Of a DNA stretch of 62,649 bases, positions 9,707-16,124 are shown piece by piece. The notes beneath the pieces were generated by a model. It was given only the letters and a program-made list of their open reading frames with translations, did no database searches and was not told where the DNA came from. The position numbers and the translations under genes were made by a program. Position 1 is the stretch's first letter. Each line of letters begins with the position of its first letter. The DNA is from a virus (lineage: Duplodnaviria > Caudoviricetes), in IMG/VR virus record IMGVR_UViG_3300034101_000324, positions 1 to 62,649 of that record; one strand, written 5' to 3'.

Positions 9707-9882
9707 ATCACTAACTCCTCTTGCTTAACATCCACAGTAATACCCATTTCCTTGATGCGCTTCAGATGCCCAATGTCAAACGTCATCCGTCCCATCAGGT
9801 TGGCAAACTGCTGCGCCAGTAGATTCACGGGATAGAATCGCACCGTCCCGTATAAGTTTTTCTGTTCAACTACCATTTCCAT
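9703..9882 (-). CDS. 59-aa hypothetical protein (not in ORF track)
   Basis: GGAGGTG SD; MEMVVEQKNLYGTVRFYPVN...; coupled to the next gene. Confidence 0.7.
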   Translation of the reverse strand: MEMVVEQKNLYGTVRFYPVNLLAQQFANLMGRMTFDIGHLKRIKEMGITVDVKQEELVI

Positions 9883-9894
9883 GACTCACCTCCG

Positions 9895-10986
9895 TTAGAT
9901 CAACAACTCATAGTTGGACTTCGCCCAGTCCTTGATCTCGTTATTCTTGATAGCCAACTTGCTCACCCGCTTGGACTGCAAGGCCATCGTGAAGAACACG
10001 CTCTGCACCTCTGCGCTGTTAATGCGCTTAACGAACTTCATGAACGCTGCGAGATCGTCCTGCGTATCGATAGTGTCGATTGCATTGAACATCATCATGA
10101 ACAACGCTGCGGGTTTCTCTGGAATCCTGACGTTGTCAGGATCAGCAATAACATTCTTAATCGCTACCAACTCACCCGACAGAGACATGACTGCCGTCAT
10201 CAACTCAGCCGCAGCCGCACCGATAGTACCGGCGAGTGATGCCTGTGTGAGATTGACACCCAACCGCTCACGTTTGGTCACGATGTTGTGACACTTGGCG
10301 AGACTGCGCGGCGAGACGAACGACAACGCCTTGCGATTCGGATTGAAGATGTACGGATTGTCTTCCTGCCCACCGTCCAAGTAACTCGCAAGCATCCGTG
10401 GGTGCATCGCCACACAAGCACGAATCTCGGCAGCGATGTTGTTATCAGACGCCCATGCGTTCCACTCGGTAGCATTCGGCTTACGCAAGTTATAGATGGT
10501 GACGCGATTACCTGCGTGCGCCAACATACTGTCACCCACACCGTCGCTTGCATTGTTACTTGTTGCAAAGATGATTGAGCCAGGATGTGTCTTGTCCAGA
10601 TCCTTGTCACCCACGCAATGCTCAAGCATCAAGCGAGTCCACATTGTCTGGAGCAACTTCGGAGTCTTCATAAACTCGTCGAGCATGATGACCTTCGGCT
10701 TCGGGCTGTCGAGCATGAACAAGTCAGAGACGATCTGTAGTAACTTCGTCCTGTCATTGTCAGGAACACTCATCGCCGTGTCGCCAATGTCTTTAACAGG
10801 ACAGTCCACGTAGATGTAGTCGTACCCATCACCTAGTTCAGCCTTAAGAGCCTTGAGCAATGTCGACTTGCCGCAGCCCGGCTCGCCCTTGATGACAGCG
10901 GTGTTAGTCGTACCCAATTCCAAGATGGCGGTCATCGCCTCTTTCAATGAGATGGGGTTGTTGAATTCGATTGTGTTAGTAGCCAT
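9895..10986 (-). CDS. MoxR/CbbQ-like AAA+ ATPase
   Basis: Walker A GEPGCGKS, Walker B IMLDEF, ATSN sensor, SPRS. Confidence 0.88.
   Translation of the reverse strand: MATNTIEFNNPISLKEAMTAILELGTTNTAVIKGEPGCGKSTLLKALKAELGDGYDYIYVDCPVKDIGDTAMSVPDNDRTKLLQIVSDLFMLDSPKPKVIMLDEFMKTPKLLQTMWTRLMLEHCVGDKDLDKTHPGSIIFATSNNASDGVGDSMLAHAGNRVTIYNLRKPNATEWNAWASDNNIAAEIRACVAMHPRMLASYLDGGQEDNPYIFNPNRKALSFVSPRSLAKCHNIVTKRERLGVNLTQASLAGTIGAAAAELMTAVMSLSGELVAIKNVIADPDNVRIPEKPAALFMMMFNAIDTIDTQDDLAAFMKFVKRINSAEVQSVFFTMALQSKRVSKLAIKNNEIKDWAKSNYELLI
10125..10141. promoter_or_regulatory. 17-bp palindrome, copy 3, intragenic (TCCTGACGTTGTCAGGA)
   Basis: Exact arms; read as PDNVR in the ATPase. Confidence 0.85.
10749..10765. 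promoter_or_regulatory. Palindrome variant, 1 mismatch (TCCTGTCATTGTCAGGA)
   Basis: Intragenic; read as PDNDR. Confidence 0.65.
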
Positions 10987-11013
10987 GACTTTGCTTTACC
11001 TCTGTTGTTGAAA

Positions 11014-11916
11014 TTACAGACCAAACTTCGACAGGATGTCGTCCACGCCTTCCTTCACAACGGTACGCTTGGTATCGCTGTTACGCAGTTGGTCGATGGT
11101 GACTCCGTCCAATACTCGTAGCAGATCACGCCGCGCATCCTCCAAGCGCGTGTCGTTAGTCAGGTTGAACTCGGCAAACGTGTTGCATAACTCCATCGCG
11201 TCAGTCAGCGTCGACTCGTACATCTTGCGCCGCTTGACCTTGATCTCACCGTCCTCCATGACCGTCTCGCTGTCGCAGCAATGTGAGAACGACTGCAATA
11301 CCTTGATCAACTGATCCTGCTGCTTGCTGTGAATCTCGTTGATGATGTCGCGTGTCTGCTGCTCGAAGTTGTTACGCAAGTCATCGGCCAGATCGTTGGC
11401 GATAGTCACTCGGTAGTCGCCCTCTGGGATGTTCATTGTCTGGATGATGACTTTGAATCTGCTCCTGACCTCGTCAGGAGTCGGGTAATCGTCCTTGTTG
11501 AACATATCGCCCTGCACGAACGCCTCGTTGCTGATCGCGCTTGGCATGACGGTAATAAACTTCTCTAGTAACTCTTCAGATCGCGCCTTGCGATCTTGGA
11601 TCTCGCCCATGACTGGAGCGATGCGCGGCGTGGGCAGATAGCCCCACTCGCCGTCCCACGGATAGGTAATACGTTGTACAAAGTTGTACCAAGTCTGCCT
11701 GTCGTTCAGGAGTGCGCGCAATTCGGGTACGTCGGCAAAGAGTTGCTTGGTGTATCTCCCTGCGTTGCGAGCGGCCTTCTTGTTGGCCGTGACCTCATCG
11801 CTGATGTCACGATCCTGCTTCGTCGCAGTCCAGACCTTGACCTTGGCGCGGAGCAAGATACCGCCCGTTGCCAGCGATGTGATGTGTTCGGGTTGCTTTA
11901 ACAAATTAGATTCCAT
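11014..11916 (-). CDS. DUF3150-like protein
   Basis: YLPTPRI...YPTPDEVRSRF pattern; typical position upstream of AAA and vWA genes. Confidence 0.65.
   Translation of the reverse strand: MESNLLKQPEHITSLATGGILLRAKVKVWTATKQDRDISDEVTANKKAARNAGRYTKQLFADVPELRALLNDRQTWYNFVQRITYPWDGEWGYLPTPRIAPVMGEIQDRKARSEELLEKFITVMPSAISNEAFVQGDMFNKDDYPTPDEVRSRFKVIIQTMNIPEGDYRVTIANDLADDLRNNFEQQTRDIINEIHSKQQDQLIKVLQSFSHCCDSETVMEDGEIKVKRRKMYESTLTDAMELCNTFAEFNLTNDTRLEDARRDLLRVLDGVTIDQLRNSDTKRTVVKEGVDDILSKFGL
11463..11479. promoter_or_regulatory. 17-bp palindrome, copy 4, intragenic (TCCTGACCTCGTCAGGA)
   Basis: Exact arms; read as PDEVR. Confidence 0.8.
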
Positions 11917-11938
11917 GACAGTCTCCGTTAGTAAGTTG

Positions 11939-11955
11939 TCCTGACAATGTCAGGA
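11939..11955. promoter_or_regulatory. 17-bp palindrome, copy 5 (TCCTGACAATGTCAGGA)
   Basis: Lies between the promoter at 11979-12007 and the SD of the DUF3150 gene. Confidence 0.9.
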
Positions 11956-11978
11956 GTGAATTCCCACTCTACATACAT

Positions 11979-12007
11979 ATTATAACATAAGTTGCTATTT
12001 AAGTCAA
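11979..12007 (-). promoter_or_regulatory. sigma70 promoter PE3
   Basis: TTGACT-N17-TATAAT with TGn extended -10. Confidence 0.9.
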
Positions 12008-12011
12008 CAGT

Positions 12012-12296
12012 TCAAGCAAACAAAAAGAACAACACCGCACCCGTAAGTGCGGTAACGAACCCATAGGCAAAGCCTAGTTTGAACACCTTCTTACCGAACT
12101 TGACCGCAGCCTCGTCAATCTCGGGCTTGATGCTGTTGGTGAATTCCTCCACCACCTCGTCCATTAACTCACGCTTGATCGCTGCACGCATCGACTGCTC
12201 ACGCAACAGGCGTAACTCTTCCTCGTCACGCTGTTGATCCGCGTGCCACTGGGCTTGATCGTCGGTAAACCATTCTTCGTCTCTTGTTTTAGCCAT
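12012..12296 (-). CDS. Hypothetical protein with C-terminal TM helix
   Basis: AAGGAGGTG SD; hydrophobic C-terminus. Confidence 0.75.
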   Translation of the reverse strand: MAKTRDEEWFTDDQAQWHADQQRDEEELRLLREQSMRAAIKRELMDEVVEEFTNSIKPEIDEAAVKFGKKVFKLGFAYGFVTALTGAVLFFLFA

Positions 12297-12297
12297 G

Positions 12298-12426
12298 TCA
12301 CACCTCCTTAATCGTCCACTTGATTCGCGGGTTCATACGCTTGCGCCCCGTCCAATACGGCACAGCCCACTCGGTATCTGTCTCCACACAAATCAGCCGC
12401 TTGCCCAAATACACTTCCATCCTCAT
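12298..12426 (-). CDS. 42-aa hypothetical protein (not in ORF track)
   Basis: MRMEVYLGKRLICVETDTEWAVPYW...; ATGA overlap with the upstream gene. Confidence 0.6.
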   Translation of the reverse strand: MRMEVYLGKRLICVETDTEWAVPYWTGRKRMNPRIKWTIKEV

Positions 12427-12644
12427 CGGTAAAACCCTCCCTTGTTGTTGATACCTTTCAAGTCCTCAAGGTTAGTCACCTTGATGTAGTTGCTCTTGTG
12501 CATCGGCACGACCGTATGTTTGACCTGACGGGCATACTCCTGCCCGCAAGGTAGGCACGAACCGAATCCCGCCATGACCCTGCGTGGATCAACTGGGGTG
12601 TACATACCTTTGGTCACGCACGCTCGGCAAAAATAGGTACTCAT
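12423..12644 (-). CDS. Small zinc-ribbon protein (start revised to ATG 12644)
   Basis: GGAGG SD; CRAC...CLPC. Confidence 0.75.
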   Translation of the reverse strand: MSTYFCRACVTKGMYTPVDPRRVMAGFGSCLPCGQEYARQVKHTVVPMHKSNYIKVTNLEDLKGINNKGGFYR

Positions 12645-12655
12645 CCAAGCCTCCT

Positions 12656-12672
12656 TCCTGACGCTGTCAGGA
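12656..12672. promoter_or_regulatory. 17-bp palindrome, copy 6 (TCCTGACGCTGTCAGGA)
   Basis: Directly abuts the SD of 12644. Confidence 0.9.
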
Positions 12673-12789
12673 CTATCGTTGATACAACTAAACACCCACG
12701 CGACCTCGGGGTTACCAAGGCCGCTAGGCTGCTCACTCGCTCATCGCGGCTCACAACTTTGTAGGCAGATACTCGGAGCTACACGACAG

Positions 12790-12806
12790 TCCTGACGTTG
12801 TCAGGA
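12790..12806. promoter_or_regulatory. 17-bp palindrome, copy 7 (TCCTGACGTTGTCAGGA)
   Basis: Exact arms, extended by a flanking G/C pair. Confidence 0.9.
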
Positions 12807-13217
12807 CAAGTTATGGTTCACACTCCTACCGCTGCCGGACATACATTGCCTGTCCGTACCGGCTATGGATCGCGGGTCTAGCCTTTCGCCGCTCTGACCG
12901 TACTCTGCACTTCACCTACGGTTTTACACTCCGCACAGGACTATCCGTGTCCTTACCGCTTGGCTTCGCAGTCGCCCATCCGTCACCGCCCCACCTCGCT
13001 CGTAATAAATACGGTCAACATGGGATTGATATGGCTGACAGAATTTACAGGCCGCAAACTACTCAACGACTTGTCACCTAGGCGATCCTATGTGCAGTCT
13101 CGTACTGCACCACGACCCCGATTGATACTCGGAGCACCGCTGTTTGTCAGACAGCGTCACGGCTCTGCCACCGCGCCTTCACCTACTATCGGCTTACGAC
13201 TTGTAGGATCGTTGTTG

Positions 13218-13234
13218 TCCTGACACCGTCAGGA
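13218..13234. promoter_or_regulatory. 17-bp palindrome, copy 8 (TCCTGACACCGTCAGGA)
   Basis: About 40 nt downstream of the PE2 start. Confidence 0.9.
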
Positions 13235-13279
13235 CTCGTGGAACCCGCCTCGTTTGGCGAAATTTCCACTATAGACTAT

Positions 13280-13308
13280 ATTATAACAAATGTAGTCTTT
13301 TAAGTCAA
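13280..13308 (-). promoter_or_regulatory. sigma70 promoter PE2
   Basis: TTGACT-N17-TATAAT with TGn; shares TTGACTTAAA...TGTTATAATAT with PE3. Confidence 0.9.
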
Positions 13309-13368
13309 GTAATAAGCAAATTATTTTGTCTGGGCACGATGGACTGGGGGTGCGTGGTTTATACGTTG

Positions 13369-13385
13369 TCCTGACAATGTCAGGA
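13369..13385. promoter_or_regulatory. 17-bp palindrome, copy 9 (TCCTGACAATGTCAGGA)
   Basis: About 60 nt upstream of the PE2 -35 element. Confidence 0.9.
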
Positions 13386-13414
13386 AATGCGCGGTTTTTC
13401 GGCAGCGTACACGC

Positions 13415-13826
13415 TAAGTGCTTGATTAGGTTAGGGATAATTGGAAAGTGGTAATATGTTGTACGCTTTGTACGCAAAATGAAAGTTGTAATAACGTACA
13501 AGATTTTGGGTTTTGAGGCAGAGGAGTGGTTCTGTAAGTTATTGATTTTATTATTATTATTATTATTTATTTATAAGAAGAAGAGGTAAAAAGAGGAGTT
13601 TGTACGCTTGTACGCTGTTTTTTGAGGGAGGACGGCCGGTAAAAAATTTTCCAAGTTTTTTAAAAAATTTTGCGCTTGCCGAAGAAGACAAACTGGCTCC
13701 TCCGTCCCCTAGGTGCGAACAAGCGTACAAGCGTACAAATCGACACTTTTCCCTTTAAGATCAAAGGCTTGGCTTGTTCCCGTCAACTTAAGTGTGAGTA
13801 CAAGCCAAAAATGTAAGTCATTGATT
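13415..13826. promoter_or_regulatory. Three IHF consensus sites (13415-13427, 13535-13547, 13814-13826)
   Basis: TAAGTGCTTGATT, TAAGTTATTGATT and TAAGTCATTGATT each match the reverse complement of WATCAANNNNTTR. Confidence 0.7.
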
Positions 13827-13856
13827 TTTAAGGAAACGCGAAAAATTTTGTACGCT
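13459..13856. repeat. TTGTACGC iterons with an 18-bp inverted repeat (13599-13616 / 13722-13739) and an AT-rich (TTA)n tract
   Basis: Tandem pairs at 13459/13468 and 13600/13608, inverted pair at 13723/13731, single copy near 13848. Confidence 0.8.
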
Positions 13857-13938
13857 ATTGCAACTTTCAAAGTGCAACTTAGCGCATGGGCTAGGGCTAG
13901 AAAACTGGTATCGCGTCATCTAAGCAAACCGATTCTGA

Positions 13939-13955
13939 TCCTGACACTGTCAGGA
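13939..13955. promoter_or_regulatory. 17-bp palindrome, copy 10 (TCCTGACACTGTCAGGA)
   Basis: Exact arms; non-coding region. Confidence 0.9.
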
Positions 13956-14165
13956 AGCAGGCGAGTCTTGGCGTGGGCTAAGCAAACCGATTCTGATGTC
14001 GTCAAACTTTGGGTCACGCACAAGAAGAGCGGTGTAGACGCATGGCCTGTAACTTGTACATGGGCTAGGGCTAAGGCTTTGGGCTCGGGCTTAGGCTTGG
14101 CCTAGCAAGAACTGGTCTCATATAGAACTGGTATCCGTGGAACTGGCTTCGCGGAGCGCAGACGC

Positions 14166-14200
14166 AAAAAAGCCCCGCCAAGCATGAGCCTGACGGGGCT
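14166..14200 (-). terminator. Intrinsic terminator of the PE1 transcript
   Basis: AGCCCCGUCAGGC-UCAU-GCUUGGCGGGGCU followed by a U run. Confidence 0.85.
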
Positions 14201-14204
14201 GTGG

Positions 14205-14243
14205 TTAGAACGGGAATTCCAACTGTTCGGGTTCAGCGCACAT
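14205..14243 (-). CDS. 12-aa micropeptide MCAEPEQLEFPF
   Basis: GGAGG SD 5 nt before ATG; lies between the first early gene and its terminator. Confidence 0.5.
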   Translation of the reverse strand: MCAEPEQLEFPF

Positions 14244-14296
14244 GGCAACCTCCGTTGAAGTTATAGATGAGGGGCGGCTCGCGCCGCCCCCCGTAG

Positions 14297-14313
14297 TCCT
14301 GACAGTGTCAGGA
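14297..14313. promoter_or_regulatory. 17-bp palindrome, copy 11 (TCCTGACAGTGTCAGGA)
   Basis: Supplies the TGA stop of 14308-15135. Confidence 0.9.
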
Positions 14314-15135
14314 ACCCGCCCGATCAGCCGCCGCGATGATTTCATCGGCCAGAGCAGGATCAAACGCCGCCTCCAACATGATGGAACAAAGTGCCGTCCA
14401 TTGACCCTCAGACACCACCGAATCGTCGCCGTTGTCCTTGGCATATCGCGCGCGCTTCTTGGTTCCCGCCTTGTGCAGACCGTTGAGCAGATCGGCGAAA
14501 TCCTGTTTCGCACCACCCGCACGACCCGACGCATCGGCTTTCCAACCGCGAGACAACGCCTGATCAACATCATTGTTGATCCAGTCGCGCATACCCTGAC
14601 CCTTGCCATCCGGCCGCTCACCAACCGCCGTGCCGCGCATCCAAGCCTTGACACCGTTCGGCTTTTCAGCAACCGACGCGAGAGTCTTGAGATCGACGCC
14701 TAGCGCGAATGCCGCCGTGAAAGTGTGATTCACAGGCAAAGCAGACTCGACCGGTGTCCACTTTTTAGCCAGGCGAGACCACACGCGAACCGGCAGATAC
14801 TTGTCGTCGTCGCCCACCTTGTGCACCTCGACCGAATAGTGCGCGCGAGTCTTGGCCGAATCGGTAGCCATGGTCTTGAGCACCGCGTGCAACGCCTTAC
14901 CGATTTCGGACTCACGATCGAACCGCTCGACCCCGTCGCGCTTGATCACCGGAACACCCGCCGCGAGGCAGAGCGCCGCGAAATCAGACTGAAACGACTC
15001 GGTGTCGACCGACGTAGAAATCTGAACGTCGATAGCCTTGACCGCGACCGCCTCAGCCTTGGCGAGAATATCGGCAGCCATTGACGGGTTGACCGACTTC
15101 GAGACCGCGACAGCAACTTTGTTTGACTTAGCCAT
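14308..15135 (-). CDS. First early gene, 275-aa hypothetical protein (start revised to ATG 15135)
   Basis: GGAG SD; has its own promoter and terminator; GC-rich codons. Confidence 0.8.
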   Translation of the reverse strand: MAKSNKVAVAVSKSVNPSMAADILAKAEAVAVKAIDVQISTSVDTESFQSDFAALCLAAGVPVIKRDGVERFDRESEIGKALHAVLKTMATDSAKTRAHYSVEVHKVGDDDKYLPVRVWSRLAKKWTPVESALPVNHTFTAAFALGVDLKTLASVAEKPNGVKAWMRGTAVGERPDGKGQGMRDWINNDVDQALSRGWKADASGRAGGAKQDFADLLNGLHKAGTKKRARYAKDNGDDSVVSEGQWTALCSIMLEAAFDPALADEIIAAADRAGS

Positions 15136-15164
15136 GATATGTATAACTCCACTAGATGATGTAT

Positions 15165-15181
15165 TCCTGACATTGTCAGGA
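15165..15181. promoter_or_regulatory. 17-bp palindrome, copy 12 (TCCTGACATTGTCAGGA)
   Basis: Lies between PE1 and the SD. Confidence 0.9.
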
Positions 15182-15210
15182 GTCAGCGAGAACACCCCGC
15201 CGACGATTCT

Positions 15211-15239
15211 ATTATACCACTTCTGTTATACTTTGTCCA
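15211..15239 (-). promoter_or_regulatory. sigma70 promoter PE1
   Basis: TGGACA-N17-TATAAT with TGn. Confidence 0.8.
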
Positions 15240-15554
15240 GTCGACGGCAGGCAGACGCAGCGGATTTTTGGGCGCGTAAACTCAAGCCCATTACGTCGTC
15301 TAGGGTTTAGCAAAATCAAACTCAAGCCCACACAATGTGCAAATCGTTGGCGTTGTCACCCCACCGTACCGCCACCCTCCGCGCTGCGTTTAACTTCCCG
15401 TCAGCGAACTAATACACTCGAACTCTCACAAATCCTCACTACATTTCCAAAACTCGGCTAGGCAGACCCCACCCCCTCGTATACAGAACCCCCCCGGTAT
15501 CTCGTTTGGTACCATGCTGTTTTTTTATATATTTATTTTGTACTATCCACACCC

Positions 15555-16124
15555 ATGACTGATACGGCGCTTGTTCCAGAGATCGACGAGAACATCCCGC
15601 TGCCCGCTAACGCGGCTGAAGCCTTGCCTGAATTGTCTGCCGAGGCAGAGATCCAGATGCGGGCCCGCACCATAAAGTTGATCTCAGATTTAACAGGTAT
15701 ACCCCTTGTCCCAACTGAGCAGGACAAGGACGAAGCCGAGAAGTTGGCTCGTCAGATGATCGAAGATCCTAAGAAGCGCATTGAGTTTAGTAAGTATCCG
15801 AACGAAACAATGGCATGGCTAGCCGGTATGGTGCAGCAAAGCAACTGTTCGCTCGTAGATGACCTTTCTGAATACAAAAATTACGTGATTAATAGGCTTG
15901 TTTCTGAGATTGAAACGACAGCCGATGCCAAAATTCGTGTGCAAGCCCTCACAAAGCTTGGCGAAGTAGACGGTGTGGACGCATTTAAGAAGCGTACAGA
16001 GACCACACACATTATTAAGCCCATCGAAGAGGTCGAAAAAGAGCTTTTGTCGGTACTAGAAGGCATTGAATACAAGGTTTTGGAAGATAAAACCGAAATA
16101 CCCGTGCAGAATCAATGCAATTAA
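15555..16124 (+). CDS. terS: Putative terminase small subunit
   Basis: Helical 189-aa protein directly upstream of, and overlapping, terL. Confidence 0.6.
   Translation: MTDTALVPEIDENIPLPANAAEALPELSAEAEIQMRARTIKLISDLTGIPLVPTEQDKDEAEKLARQMIEDPKKRIEFSKYPNETMAWLAGMVQQSNCSLVDDLSEYKNYVINRLVSEIETTADAKIRVQALTKLGEVDGVDAFKKRTETTHIIKPIEEVEKELLSVLEGIEYKVLEDKTEIPVQNQCN

Larger units (their letters stand above)
12673..13273 (-). ncRNA. Candidate large structured ncRNA or 5' leader (about 600 nt)
   Basis: Downstream of promoter PE2. No - strand ORF of 60 aa or more lies within it. It has many helices, with G-U pairs favouring the - strand. Confidence 0.6.

Noticed and set aside
12720-13170. Group II intron domain V (GAGCCG... 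segments on the - strand)
   Set aside because: No complete domain V/VI hairpin, no interrupted gene and no maturase could be identified.
12960-14105. ORFs 12960-13223(+), 13229-13501(-) and 13713-14105(+)
   Set aside because: No SD, they run through promoters and repeats, and their composition is not protein-like.
12656-15181. CRISPR or mini-array formed by the palindromes
   Set aside because: Spacing is irregular (134-868 bp), whole genes lie between copies, and no cas operon is present.
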